From Octopus vulgaris (lineage: Eukaryota): DNA of 64,000 nucleotides. Location of the stretch: NCBI GenBank assembly GCA_951406725.2, contig OX597820.1, positions 121,458,001 through 121,522,000 on the forward strand, in the 5' to 3' direction. Shown one piece after another: positions 11,206 through 32,703 of the stretch; the stretch's first letter is position 1; every line of letters begins with the position of its first letter. The position numbers and the translations under genes were made by a program. The notes under the pieces were generated by a model. It saw nothing but the letters and a program-made list of their open reading frames with translations, did no database searches and was not told where the DNA came from.

Positions 11206-11635
11206 GGGATCTTTTCGGTTTGAACGGCAGTTTTTAACATAATTTCTAGGTAACTAAAAAAATTTAAATTTCGTATACTGGTAGAATGTGTTTATAAAAC
11301 ATCTTTTTCTCTTGGCTTTATTGAGAAAATTCTATAGTTTGTAGGATATTTGTTGTTCTTTTTCTTCAATTTCTGCAATTTCAACCAATCAATGACGTCC
11401 ATTTGGGGTGAAAACATTCTGTGCCGTATGAATATGTCCCTCGTTTAAGAAACAGATTGAGTTTATTTACATTTGTAAAGAAAAAAAGATACTTTTTTCC
11501 CCTACTCCTAACCCTAACTAACCCTAACCCTAAAGAGATTGAAAGGCAATAGATCGATTCTAGGGTCATAATTATGGGTGACAATTTCATATGACACTAC
11601 TAGAAAAAAACTGCCGTTCAAACCGAAAAGATGCA
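11206..11635. mobile_element. MITE (~430 bp) with ~30-bp TIRs and internal telomere-like repeats
   Basis: GGGATCTTTTCGGTTTGAACGGCAGTTTTT ... AAAAACTGCCGTTCAAACCGAAAAGATGCA; possible 8-bp TSD AAAAGAGC/AAGAGAGC; (CCCTAA)-like run at ~11505-11533; second copy at 14949. Confidence 0.85.
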
Positions 11636-11866
11636 AAGAGAGCGTTCCTGGAATTTGCAGTCACAGTTTTCGAGGTGATGTATCAGACATTTTATTGACC
11701 CGCAAATATAGAGTTACGTCCATTATTTACATTGTTTACATTTGACGGATTTTTGTCCTTATCTTCTTTGTTGTTAACAATGAAAATAATGTACATAATT
11801 CCTCATCTCTTAAATATAGAGCTGTACTGAATTGGGTCATAGAAAAACACTTAGTCTGATGACGCA

Positions 11867-12030
11867 CGAAATGTGGAGTAGATAAACAGTTGACAACTGA
11901 TGAAGGGTCGTTCTTTATGTTACTTATCTTGTTTACCATTTGCTTCACTCGTTGTTCGCATACAAAAGTTTGTCTTCGTATTTCATGTTGTATACGTTTT
12001 GTGACGCCCTGTACCCATATATGCATATAT

Positions 12031-12086
<56 letters not shown>

Positions 12087-12742
12087 TATGTAATTATGTA
12101 CATATGTATGTATATATCCCTATATACCTATATTTTATTTATGTTATATTATTGAACACCACACATCCATTTCCAAGTAAGTTTATCGTAATTATTTTGA
12201 TGCGACTCTGCCCTGTACTATTCTCCCTCTCTCTCCCCTTCAACGTTTTCTATCTGTCCCCCTCTCTCTCTCACCTTTTCCTCCTTTAATCTCTCATTGC
12301 TCACATGTGACCATCGTCCAACATTCTTTTTTCCTTGCCTGTTCATATTTCTTTTCTTTCAGGTCTATCGCACAGACCAGACGCATGCTTGTCTGTCTCC
12401 TCTCCTATCTTTTCTCTTTCAAAGAATGTTCCTCCAGCGGTCGCCACCTTACCCCGTCTGGCTTAGAAGCCCTCACTATTTGTTTCATTGTCCTGTTTTT
12501 GTTACCAATTTGACCCTCCGCAAATCCCAAACTTTATTTTGGTTTGCACGGGAGCAACTATTTTCTCGAAGGCACATATTGTCGTGAATTGCTCGAAATG
12601 TGGAGTAGATATACAGTTGACAACTGATGAAGGGTCGATCTTTATGTTACTTGTCTTGTTTACCATTTCTTTCACTCGTTGTTCGCATACAAAAGTTTGT
12701 CTTCGTATTTCATGTTGTTTACGTTTAGTGGCGTCCTGTACC
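11867..12742 (+). repeat. Two copies of a ~150-bp element end (11867-12016 and 12595-12742), each followed by (TA)n; probable Penelope-like pLTR remnants
   Basis: Both read CGAAATGTGGAGTAGATA.ACAGTTGACAACTGATGAAGGGTCG...CCTGTACC. Family assignment is inferred from the CTGATGA/GAAA fragments. Confidence 0.6.
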
Positions 12743-12748
12743 AATATA

Positions 12749-12805
<57 letters not shown>

Positions 12806-13080
12806 TGGCATGAAGGTGTTTTATGAACAAGAGTACCAAGTTTCGTTCGTGGGTAGCGTACCTGTGCACTTAAAGTGTGTACGGACACTCATACATTTAA
12901 TAAATTAAATACAGATTTGTCATTCAAGTTACGCATTCCATATACACAATGGGTGTTATACGCCAAGGTACACATGTGTATACTCCGACAAGCAGTCCAC
13001 GCTCCATTGCAGACACAAGACCTAAAGTAGGGAAGGTTCCAAGTGTGGTGTTAAAAAAAAGAACCTCAGTACGTCTGTGT

Positions 13081-13112
<32 letters not shown>

Positions 13113-13353
13113 GATTGAGGGGACAAACGAAAGAAGCGCATTCAACAAATTTTATTGGAGTTTACATGTATGGATCAAAACAGTTTGATTCAAATTCGCT
13201 GGTACTCTTGAGTTTCAAGCATGATGCTACTCGTTAGCTATTTTGAATTATACATACATGAATATATACATATATATTCGCCTATGCCTTGTATATACGT
13301 ACCCAGATAAAAAAGCATATGTTTTGCAACATTTAGAATTCAATAAGTTGGGC

Positions 13354-13431
<78 letters not shown>

Positions 13432-13435
<4 letters not shown>

Positions 13436-13953
13436 TAGTTTTATTTTTATAGCGTGCTTTCACTTCACTACCGAGCGCAGCTCTGTGTGCCTTGGGTATG
13501 TGCTGTGATTTGTTGTGATGCTCTGATGGTTATTGTATGGAAAGTGTTCTGCGTAGGATGTGTGCAGTGCCTAGTAGTGCAATTTTCTGTATGTTATATG
13601 TGTTTGCAAGTCCTGGTGTTTTTGTTATGTATTTGTCTGAATATTTTTTTGTCATGCCTAATGCACCTACTATGATAGAAATTGTTTCTGTTTTCAGATT
13701 CCACATTCTAGTTACCTCTATTTCCAGGTCTTTGTATTTTAAGAGTTTCTCCATTTCTTTTAGAGACACGTTGTCATCTGCCGGTATTGATACATCAATT
13801 AGAAAGCATTTTTTTCTTCATGATCTCTGACAACTATATCTGGTCTGTTGGCCTTAATTTCTCTATCTGTGTGTATCGGCATATCCCAGAGTATGGTTGC
13901 TTTCTCGTTTTCTGTGACCTTTTCTGGTGTGTGCCTATACCATCTTTTTTCTG

Positions 13954-13957
<4 letters not shown>
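13432..13957 (-). mobile_element. R4/Dong-clade non-LTR retrotransposon, family 1, 5'-truncated, in (TAA)n
   Basis: ILWDMPIHTDREIKANRPDIVV..LIDVSIP..KEMEKLLKYKDL..IVGALG (PD..D..K restriction-like endonuclease) plus 3' UTR; (TTA)n on both sides. Confidence 0.9.
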
Positions 13958-14508
<551 letters not shown>

Positions 14509-14603
14509 GAACTGTAATAAATAGCAATTAACAACTTCCGCTTTCTGTTCATGTGAGAAACACCTGGACTCCACAGCAAAACCTGTCGGCCATCTGACAC
14601 GAA

Positions 14604-14654
<51 letters not shown>

Positions 14655-14948
14655 AAAACTTGATTGCATTGTTTTTTATCCCCTCGACTTCCATTAGTGA
14701 GCAAGATTGAAATGCTTTTACTGTTGTTTGTCAGAACAGAAGCGATTCTAACTTCTAAATAACTTCATAACACAAACGAATGTATATTTTTACCGATAGA
14801 AAATATAATGCAGTTTATTCTCTCTAAATGCGTAATTCTATAAATTGCAGACATGGCTAAGTGGTCCAGAGAACTGCTTGGTTTCGGCTTCATTTCTCCA
14901 GCGCAGCACATTTGGCGATAGTCTTCCTCTACGTCCTATTAAATGTTT

Positions 14949-15365
14949 GGGATCTTTTCGGTTTGAACGGCAGTTTTTTCTAGCGGTGTCATATGAAATT
15001 GTCACCCATAATTATGACCCTACTATCGATCTATTGCATTTAAATCTCTTTTAGGGTTAGGGTTAGTGTTAGGGTTGGGGGGGGGGAAGGATATCTTTTT
15101 TCTTCACTAATGTAAATAAGCCCAATCTGTTTCTTAAACGAGGGACATATTCATACGGCACAGAATGTTTTCAGCCCAAGTGGACGTCATTGATTGGTTG
15201 AAATTGCAGAAATTGAAGAAAAAAACAACAAATATCTTACAAACTATAGGATTTTCTCAATAAAGCCAAGAGAAAAATATGTTTTATAAACACATTCTAC
15301 CAGTATACGAAGTTTAAAATTTTTTAGTTACCTAGAAATTATGTTAAAAACTGCCGTTCAAACCG
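14949..15365. mobile_element. Second MITE copy, inverted relative to 11206-11635, right TIR clipped
   Basis: Same TIR; internal sequence is the reverse complement; TTAGGGTTAGGGTTAGTGTTAGGG at 15051-15074. Confidence 0.85.
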
Positions 15366-15394
15366 TGTGTGTGGGGGTGGGGTGCGTGTGTCTG

Positions 15395-15595
15395 TCACCT
15401 CTTCACTGTTTCACAACCGGTACTCGTTTGTTTATGTCCTCACAAGTTAGTGGTTTAGCAAAACAAAGTGATGGAATAAGTACTAGATTAACGAAGAATA
15501 TATAAGTGCTGCGCTCGATTCTTTCGTCTAGAAATTCTTAAAGACGGTGCCCCAGCATGGTCGCAATTCAATAACTGAAACAAGTAAAAGACAAA
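15395..15595 (-). mobile_element. Diverged 3' half of a family A-related SINE; partly ambiguous
   Basis: Contains ACGGTGCCCCAGCATGGTCGCAATTCAATAACTGAAACAAGTAAAAGA, the reverse complement of the plus-strand motif in the other A copies. It therefore lies opposite to them and its SINE sense is on +; strand given with low weight. Confidence 0.5.
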
Positions 15596-15714
15596 GCGCA
15601 CATCGTAATTGCAAAACAATGGCACCGTTGTTTCAATCTTTCAAATGACCCGACAACCTTCAGCTTGTGGTTCGCAAAGGCCAAAGCGGCTGCGGTGCCA
15701 ATTTTTCACTCACT

Positions 15715-15940
15715 CCTTATTTCATGTTGTTGCAGTCCACTCAGATGGCCAAAATGTGTAATACCTGTAATTCAAAAGGTCCAGCCTCGTCACACTCTGT
15801 CTCACTGAATCTCCCTCAGAACTACGATAACTTAACGCGGGTCTGTGGAGTAATCAGCCACTTGTTTGTTAATTACATCAGCAAGCTCTTCTGCTGATTG
15901 CAGCAACATGAACGCTCATCGCCGTAACCGACGGAGAGCC
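15715..15940 (+). mobile_element. Diverged 3' half of SINE family C
   Basis: Matches 43960-44155 (TTCAAA.GG.CC.GCCT.GTCAC...CTCATCG.CGTAACCGACGGAG). Confidence 0.75.
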
Positions 15941-16306
15941 AGTTGTAGTTTATACTCACCGGCGTGCAAAATTATTCCAGGCATTAAAGCTAATTGTTAA
16001 TTTGATTTAAGCTAGCTCTAAGTTCACTTCGTGGGAAAAGGTAGGGTCTGAATATTTGTCTTCTGCGGGCGATCAATGAACAGTTAATCGTATCAAGACA
16101 ATTTGTAGTTTTGTACGTCTGTAGAGAATAACAAACCGTATTCACATTTGTTTAAAATGCCACTGAGAGATATACAGAAACTGTAGTTGAACTACCATAA
16201 ATTTATCTTGGGTTTTCCAAGACACACTGCGTTATTCATAGATATTTCTCTGTTATTTGACTACCTCAAGAACAAACCCACGGTTAGCAATATACGTACG
16301 TTATAT

Positions 16307-16378
<72 letters not shown>

Positions 16379-16583
16379 ATCAATATAAGGGTAACAAAAA
16401 ATTCAATAAAAATTTTTCGTCACCAGCGGTCAAGTGAGAAAATAGAAATAGTCACAGTTTGAAGGGGATAAATGTTTTTTATTTTCCTCTAGTTTCAGAA
16501 TTACTACTACTTTTGCGGTTTTGAGCTTAGCTGCTCTTTTCAAGTGAGTCGAACGACCTTCTCAGGGTTATTCCTTAATATTT

Positions 16584-16618
<35 letters not shown>

Positions 16619-16845
16619 TAACAATAAGGATTTGCAACAAGTTGCATGACCACACACCGAAAATTTTAGAAATAGCAGCCAAAGGACTACTATTACCTTT
16701 TTCTACAAAAACATGTCTCCACAGACAGCAATATTTATAATATTTTTCCATACCGAATATGGTCCTTTTCCATACCGAAATACTACTAGGTAAAATTTGT
16801 TGATTTTATCAAATTAATTATCTTTCACCCTATATCTGTAATGAG

Positions 16846-16904
<59 letters not shown>

Positions 16905-17931
16905 TTATGTATGTATTTCTCTTTCGAGTTGCATATGTGCTTGCGTGTGTGCGCATGTACGTAATGATGTGTGTATATATATATATATATATACATATAT
17001 ATATACATACGTCCATGTATGTTTATATATATATGTGCGTGTGTACATACATACTATATACTACATACAAACTACACACACATACATACTAAATACCTTC
17101 ATGCATACATACATATTTACGGCCATTTCAATACAATAATGAATTTTGCAAACAGGAAATACGTTCAGCAAATAAAGAACCAGTTGTCGCCAGAAACCCC
17201 AGAATGTAGCGACCATGATGAAGATGTTTGGAAGGGCTCATGCCAACATGATTCGGGTTCCCTCACAGTTCCTCCATGACACAAGAGAGGCAGAAATAAG
17301 CGACAGAAACCAGACATTTGCTTTCTGTGAGTATCAATATAATTTATGTTTTGATGAGTGTGTTGCGGTTTTACTTCCCCCAACAACTTATTGAATGGGT
17401 TAGCAACAAAATCTTAAGGAATATTCTCAAATTAATTCCGAATTGAAACCGCATCACTGCCTCAACTCAATGGATGTCGGTGATTGTAGGTGGTGGTGGT
17501 GGTGGTTTGTGACGCTGTTGTCCTGGTTGTTTGTGTGTGATGGGTGTTGGCAGCATCGGTGAACATCGACAAATCTTTGTCTACACCAGTCGCCATTGCC
17601 ATTCAGAGATACTATTACGTACATTATGAACATATTTATTAGTTTATAGCTTTAACAATACAATCTCTGATCCTTCTGCCCTCCCAGCTATGTTACATTA
17701 GGTTCGGCCAATCCTTTTGCACATTGGCCTAAACGAAACGCTGAAATTAATGTCGTAGCACGAAGAATGATTGCAATATATGAAAAATTAGCAAACACTT
17801 CATATTTTATTGAAAGGAATAAATGAAAGCAAATTGAATATGCAAGCCAAGACAACAATGGAACAATACAATAGAGCTTACAGAACAAAGTAACTCCTGC
17901 ATATATGTATGTACGCATATATTTATATACA

Positions 17932-18330
<399 letters not shown>

Positions 18331-18960
18331 CGTACTCACACACACAAACACAAACCAATAAACGGATCTGCAATCTTGAGCCTCATTGTGTTCTTTCGCT
18401 GTATTGTAGTTGTGCGCCTGTACTTTCCTTGAGGCAAATGATAAACCTACTACTACTACTACAACTACTACAACTTCTACTACTACTACTACCACCACCA
18501 CCACCAAATCATCACCACCACAATCATCATGATACGTTGCCGCGGACGTGTAAGTTCACCGTTTTACTCGACGTTATCGTTGCTGCACCAAGATTTACAG
18601 ACTGCAAAGTATTCAGACAATTGGTTTCAATAAATACCGTTTCGTGTTGTAATCTTCCCAGTTCTGAGTTCATATTTCACGAAGACCCATTTTTCTCTTC
18701 TGCTATTCCGTGGTAAATAAAACAGAGCGTTTCCCTGTCGAATGCTTGGGACAATAAAATCGATTTCATACGACTCTTTCCCTAAAACATCGAGTTTTAT
18801 ACATTTGCTCAACATCATTAATGACAGTATTAAAGCGTCATGAATTGAGGACAAAACTGTGAAATGATATTTGCAATATTATCAACCGTTATACGATGGC
18901 TGATAAATTTTCTAATAATGCTATAATGATAGCTGGAATATTTGTTAATGACTGAGTAAT

Positions 18961-19381
18961 TACTCTTTTACCCTTTTTACTCTTTTACTTGTTTCAGTCA
19001 TTTGACTGCGGCCATGCTGGAGCACCACCTTTAATCGAGCAACTCGACCCCAGGACTTATTCTTTTTGTAAGCCCAGTACTTATTCTATCGGTCTTTTTT
19101 GCCGAACCGCTAAGTAACGAGGACATAAACACACCAGCATTGGTTGTCAAGCAATGCTAGGGGGACAAACACAGACACACAAACACACACACATACATAT
19201 ACATATATACATATATACGACAGGCTTCTTTCAGCTTCCGTCTACCAAGACCACTTACAAGGCTTTGGTCGGCCTAGGGCTATAGCAGTAGACACTTGCC
19301 CAAGATGCCACGCAGTGGGACTGAACCGGGAACCATGTGGTTGGTTAGCAAGCTACTTACCACACAGCCACTCCTGCGCCT
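18961..19381 (-). mobile_element. SINE family A, full length
   Basis: Colinear with the other A copies. Confidence 0.9.
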
Positions 19382-19537
19382 TTATTTCCTTTTAATTATA
19401 TATTTAGAGAAATTGTAATCAAAGATAAGCAAGCGTAAACATTCACTTATAATAAAGATGACATAGCCATCGAGGAAAAGAGACGGAGTAAAAAAAACAA
19501 AGAATAAGGATTTTGAACGATTATAACTAAAGTGGAA

Positions 19538-19825
19538 CTCAGTCGGTTACGACGATGAGTGTTCCAGTCGATCTGATCAAAAGAGCAAGCTGCTCTTGAA
19601 ATTAAGGAGAACGTGACTGAGTACTCAACATATACACTCAGTAAAGTACTCAGGGAGACTCAGTGTTACACGGAATGTGATAAGGCTGGCCCTTTGGATT
19701 ACAGGTAGGACGAATTTTTGCCAGCTGAGTGGACTGGTGCAACGTGAAATAAAGTGTCTTGCTCAAGGACACAATACGTCACCGGGAATTGAACTCATGA
19801 ATTTACCATCGTGAACCAAATATCC
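19538..19825 (-). mobile_element. Diverged SINE with CORE-like centre and family C tail
   Basis: GTCGGTTACGACGATGAG (complement of the C tail) plus GTGAAATAAAGTGTCTTGCTCAAGGACAC (complement of the CORE-like domain). Confidence 0.75.
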
Positions 19826-20679
19826 AAATCAATAAGCCATGCGCTTTTACTACATACATATATACCTATATACATACGTACATACATACATATATATATA
19901 CGTACATTCAGTCATATATACTTGCATACGAACATACATAATACATGCATACATACGTGTGTGTGTGTGTGTGTGTTTATATACGATGAATGAACAAAAA
20001 ATCGGGAATAGACAACAAATGGAATAAGGACTGAAAATGGTGTTTTAGATACTTGAACGGACAAATGAAAAAGGGAAAAGTATTTTTGACGATTCGGACG
20101 TAGAGTTCTTCATCAGAAAAAAAAAACAGAAACATAAACGAGGACGGTGGTGAAAAGGAAGGAAGAGGAAAAGGTAGAAGCTATTTGAGAATACACTTCC
20201 ATGGGGGTGAGTTGAAGAGAAAGGATGAGACAGGGATTTGCATGCATATAAAGAAGGGTGTCTGTTGAAGGAGATGTGTATAGGGGGAGTGAGTGGTTTG
20301 GGGTTCAGGCGGCGGGGTTGAGATCAGCAGATCTGAGTAATGGAAATGGAGGAAGCAGAAAACAATGGAAGCAACAGTGGAGTAGGTGAGAGAAAATGTT
20401 ACAAAGTTGATGAGAGAGGAAAATGATGATTCGGTAGATATCCGAAAAGAAAAGTCATTTGAGCGTGAAAAAGTATGTATACAAAACAAACAGATGTATT
20501 AGTATAACGCTCAGGAATAGAAAAAGGCTTTTACATTTCGAGCCTACGCTCTTCTACAGAAAGGGATACAGAAAAAACAAGGAGAGAAACAAGGAGAGAA
20601 AAAAATGTGTGTAGTGGCTAACGATCTATCATGGCGACATACATACATACATACATACATACATACATACATACATACA

Positions 20680-20712
<33 letters not shown>

Positions 20713-20964
20713 TTTCGAACTTTAAAGTCCAGCACTTTATTTTTTCTGAGGAACAGTAATACCACAATTCGTGAAACTCACCTGTAGATAGGAAATGAAA
20801 TAGAAGGCATTGCAATATTCAAATTTATTGAAATGCAAAACTAAATTAGATAGTAATTCCTAAAAACATGCCGAACTAGAAATCCCATGATCAAAACTAT
20901 GTTCGAATAATGCTAGAAAACAGGTAAATTTTAATATATTTCAATGATATTCTTGTGATGTATA

Positions 20965-21900
20965 TCAACAATAATGTGTTTGACCACCACCTTCCTGAAT
21001 TACTTCAAAGACACGCGATTCCATGCTCCCAACCAACTTCTGCAGGAGATCACGTGGAAGCTCTTCCCAGGCCTTCTTTATTACCGTTTCAAGTCCGGCA
21101 ACAGATGAATACTGCTTGTCTTCGCTGTACGCAACGTTCATGAGATAATCCCCAGGCATTCTCTGTAGGATTAAGGTCGGGACTTCTTGTTGGCCATGGC
21201 ATGACTTCAACCCTAATATAGGAAATACAAAGTTGCCTTTATGAAAAGGAGAGTTGTCCTGCTGAAATATGAACTTATCGCCATGGAGACTTCTTCCTTC
21301 TTCGTCACTGTGAGCCCTGTCCAACATATCGATGTATTGAGCAGCATTGAAACGGCCATCAGTGATGACAAGTGGCAGCTTCTCATTGGCAGATCTTGCT
21401 CTCCACACCATAAGACCTTCTCCGCAGTTCTGTCACTTGGAATAAGTAGAATTTTGCACGCATTTATCTGCCCAATAATACTTATAACCGTCGGGCCATC
21501 CAAATTCCATTTTTCCTCATCAGGAAACAGAACCCAGGTCCGTTCACCATCCCACGCCAGATGCAGCCGAACAAACTCCCATCTAACACCTTTGTGGGAA
21601 AAGAATAATAACGGTCATCCTAGCCACTTCTTCAGGTGGAAACCATGGTTCAGAATAACTCGTCTTTCGGTGGTCCCCTGCTGATGCCTAACAGAAGAGC
21701 AGTGTGACTTCTTCGCAACTCTGACAATAGCCCTTTCATCCCATTCTGATGTAGCCTTGGGTTGTCTGCCAGCATGAACCCTGTTTGTTATCCAGTGGCG
21801 GTCTGCTTCACCGAACCTTCCTGGCAATCATCCAGTTACTCATGCCTTCCGCTTTCAGTACAAGAATCTTCCTTTACTTAATTTCGGAAAACTTTGTAGC
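20965..21900 (-). pseudogene. Tc1/Tc3-like DD34E transposase relic
   Basis: Frame-shifted pieces: GRQPKATSEWDERAIVR, PDEEKWNLDGP, MVW..GRFNAAQYIDML, FIFQQDNSPFH, RSPDLNPTENAWG, KKAWEELP..LVGSMESRVFEVIQEGGGQTHY. TIRs not confidently found. Confidence 0.85.
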
Positions 21901-22777
21901 TTTAGCTATACTGGAAATGTAATATGGAACATGGTAAATACGATTGGGTCGAATATTTTTCGAAACGATCTAGAAACAAATGAAATTATATTTGTGGTTT
22001 TATAATTCTGAAGTGTTGATATTCTAGTAAAAATTGGAAAATCGGGTGTCGTACCGTGATAATAAAAATATCAGATTTATATTTCAAAGGATTCACGAAA
22101 ACCCATTTACAATATATTATGCCCCTTAGTCCACTTAAATACAAAGCAAAATTTCTGAGATGCAGCACGGATTTTTGTCAGTGAACAGGTCGTTGTCTTA
22201 AAGCGACGAAAATATTTTGACAAATTAAACTCAAACGTTGAAGTGAATCGAACGGATTTTGTGTGTTTCTTAAATGGCTTACAAACACCTTCCACGCTGC
22301 AATTGTTTTCGTTTCAGCACACGATCTCAAATCAAATCACTTGCTATGAAAGTACATCTCCAAAATTTCTGAATAACTGAAGAAACACGTGACTTTATAG
22401 TTTTGAATTGTTGTTTAGATATAAAAGTCTATGACACTTGACTGCGAACACAATCGCACCTTGGACCAGTTTCTCCACCCTCAAGTTGACTCAATAACAA
22501 CATGGCTCAGGTGTGTTATAATGTCGACGTTGATATAGGTTTTTACAGATATACATTTTGGTACCAGTTGATTACAATCGTTATAGGCACTGAGCTTTTT
22601 TCTTCTTTGCTACACAGGTAACTATCTATAGCGATATATTTCTTAATGCACATACATTTATATATACGTGTGAATCTGGGTGCGTTTATGTATAGAAGTA
22701 CATATATATTTGCATATATGTGTATACTTGAATATATTTTAACATAAGTACATATATATTCACGCCGACACTCACCA

Positions 22778-22849
<72 letters not shown>

Positions 22850-23196
22850 CATACAACCACAAATACACGTATATGTACAATAATACAACCATACGTGCAT
22901 AGATATTTGCAGAAATATATGGTTGTCTAAACATATATACATCTTTAACAATTTATTTCTTGCCTTGTTCAAAAGATTTTTGGATTAGTATAATTCCTAG
23001 AGAGAATCTACTACGTTCTGACAGCCAAATAATCGCCATTTCCACCTAGCAGCGTTTCATCCGTCTCCATTTCACTCCCAACTACGCACATCCTTTCAAT
23101 CTGATTGCGTAGATATCAGTCAATATCAAGATTAAATCATCCGATTACAAGTCCATCATCTGCTTTAGGAATAAATACCACCCTCACTGCTCCATT

Positions 23197-23244
<48 letters not shown>

Positions 23245-23372
23245 GTATCTACATATATACACACGCATACACATTCATGCACTCATATCAATATGTATAT
23301 ATATATGTATAGAAATATGTATATATATATAAAGATGTGCGTATATGGTTGTATGTAGTAGTAGTAGTAGTG

Positions 23373-23403
<31 letters not shown>

Positions 23404-23409
23404 CAGCAA

Positions 23410-23495
<86 letters not shown>

Positions 23496-26199
23496 TTTTC
23501 TGTTGTACAAAAATACTCAACTGCTAAACACATTTTTTGAGAAGTGAGTCGAGTTTAATATATGTTAATTTATTTGAGATAAACATGGAAGACACAGCCT
23601 CGTTTTGCTTCTCTTCGATCGAATGGCTTTACACAGAAGTGGTTTGGAAAGTCACATGATGTCTTCGTGCGCAGTGAACGGTTGTCACTTTTTAGATTGT
23701 CGCTTATTGTCAATCAGTATGAGACAGGTCTAAGAATTTAGGTGTTGCAGTAAATAAAATTTTATTTATTTTATTCTTTTTTCTTTTAGACTAGAGTAAT
23801 GTCGTGTTGTGTGGACCTACTCCATATATTATGGAGTTCATATGACGTCCATCCGTTCTAAAATGCGTGTAACTCATTTAAACATTCCATGAGACGATGA
23901 TGAACGCCTTTAACTCTCCTTTTCTTGAAACTCAATGATGTTTCGAAATATGGTGGAATTGTTGAGCAAGTTACTCTGAAAGGATTGTGCTGGAAACACA
24001 GCTTCGTTTATGGCTGCATTGCTGGTGGAGACATCCACGAAGTGTACAATGCTTTCTCTAAACTTTTTCTCAGCATGGAGCCAATCTCTGTGCATGAGAA
24101 ATTGCCTGTTGACATTATTCGTCAAGTGGAGATTAGAGTCAAGAGGCTCAAAATGGTCGGAGTATTTTTACACTGTGTCACATGACGTTTAGACATAGTC
24201 TTCATTTGATAAAAAGAATATCATAGCAAAGCTAGCCCGTGGCGAGTGTCGAGTGTCCAGCAAGTTTGTAGTCAATGGTTTCATCAAACCAACAGTCAAT
24301 GCAGCATTCCGCCTTGACATTCTGCTTCAGAATATAATTTTCAACAATGTGTAGTTGGAATACATTGGACTTCGGGTTAAGAATTTGGCCATATTCCCCA
24401 TTATTAAACTCAGTATTTGCGTAGCAAATCTTACAGTTGTCTCTGTTACCGCTTTCATCGTAGATGTGGGTTTTCGTGAGTATTTACGGACTTCATGTTT
24501 ACAGTCAAATAGTGATCCCACATCTCCCCTCACTCCCCAAACGTAATCTCACGCATTTCTGTGATTGATTTCAACTTTTGCTAGAATTCCATGACTTTCG
24601 TTCTTACGAAAGGCACCGCACGTTTCATGAGTTTCTCCATTGATTACAAACAGATGCAAATGTTTAGTCTTGGTACGTGAATCTGCGGAATTGGTATCAG
24701 AGAGAGTGAACACAACAATGAGATTTATATTAGTGTTAGGTGCTTTACATGACTTTTGCTGTATATTTGCGTTTTGCTGCTGCATAAGCGTGGATGAGAT
24801 CAGATTCATCAGAACTATTTTTCCTGATATCCCATATCTCTGGCTACCTAAGGACCAAATGCACATTCCGACATGCAGTGTTTATTTGCATAGGAGAACA
24901 TGGAGACCTGAAATGTATATTTTCCACGGTACAGTCCATTCTTGTGAGTGTGTAATTTACTGGTAGATAAGACAGGGTCGGAGATAGAATATCTTCGCCT
25001 GTAAAAGAAAAGAAGAGGGATTGATAACCTCTTGTGTTCACCATGGAATTAAAAGATAACTAAACCTAGATTAGTTCTGTCTGTTGGTCGTTATTTACTC
25101 CAACACAAGAAAAATTTCGTGACTGGCCCTCTTCCATGCGTGTCTGAGTTGCCACCCAGAGTTCATTTCTCATCAACATTTGCTTTGTAACAGAACATTC
25201 TTCGTTATCCTCACCTTCACTTTCAAACTATAGAAAAAGCTGACGATGTTTCAAATGGATAGAAAGAGTTATCTGTCAAAAGAGTTTGTCTAAAACGCTT
25301 TCCTTCGTCACGACCGACAGCCTCTGTTACCAAAGCCGTCAGAGTGAGTAAAATCGCCGGTCCCCTACACGTCACAAGAGAATATTTAGAAGATTCAGAG
25401 TTAAACGAGGAGAATATTTAGAATTAAATGAGTACGGAGAACTAGATCGTCTTCCATTCGTGTAATAGAACTCCACAATTCAGCAATATTTAGATACTCA
25501 ACAAGAGAAAGGAACAAACGATTTCACGATTCTTCGTGGATTTCGAACAGGAATTACAAATGGCACTTCAACGGTCTGAAGAGCTTTTAATGATCCTAAC
25601 AAGAGAAAGAATTTCTGAAAGTTACTGGAAGATCTCTGGGACATTGCAACACTATTCCTCATTGATGCCAAGCATCTCCTAAGAGTGCCGTCACTCTCCT
25701 ATACTCTCTAACCCTCTGCAGAATACTAGCATAGCCGTTCCGCCGACAGCATTACCCGACTGATAATGGTATGTGACCGGCTGGCACTTTGTCAGACTTC
25801 AAACTTGATCGTCATCCTGTTGGCTTTTGAAGCAACACTCCCTACAAGACAAGCCTATGAGGTGTTTCAGTTTAGTTACTAACGACCTGGCCATTAACTA
25901 GTTGCACTGCATTCCATACTACCAGTAACATTCACACTATATTATCGCTCTGAAGTGATAATATATTAAAGAGGCAATGTAAACGTCTTTGCTAAGGCTA
26001 CGTACATTCAGGTAATCTATCGTAGATCAAATTATTTTTGCAAGCAAAAGAGAAAGGCCAACTTTACAAATACCAGTCATATGAACGGGACTTATATGTG
26101 GTTTGTGCACTGAATATATCGACTAGTTAAATATCACTTCCCAGCCTATGGTGGCCTTTAATTGATAAATTCTCCTTCAAACATCCAGCAACGGTTTGT

Positions 26200-32350
<6,151 letters not shown>

Positions 32351-32471
32351 CATGGCCGACCTTCACGATGACAACTTCCACTCACTGTCACAATCTTCCT
32401 TCACTTAACTTGCTTTGCGACCTGTCTGGATATATACATACATATACATACATAAACACATACGTACATAC

Positions 32472-32536
<65 letters not shown>

Positions 32537-32647
32537 TATATGTATGTATATACATACATATATATATACATATATACACACATATATATACACACACACA
32601 TGCATATACATGTACACACCCACTTATACTCACTTAATACATACCTG

Positions 32648-32703
<56 letters not shown>

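Noticed and set aside
15051-15086. Telomere or chromosome-fusion scar
   Set aside because: Only a few units, and they are an internal part of a repeated MITE.
20082-20118. CTGATGA..GAAT hammerhead-like motif on the minus strand (and 20528-20565)
   Set aside because: Core mutated and stem I cannot form; kept only as a possible relic, not called as a ribozyme.
21515-21530. CTGATGA on the minus strand
   Set aside because: It is the PDE codons of the Tc1 transposase; no hammerhead stems.
24327-24866. Selenoprotein-like TGA read-through between in-frame ORFs
   Set aside because: TAA stops follow in the same frame, there is no Cys/Sec motif context, and no SECIS was recognised.
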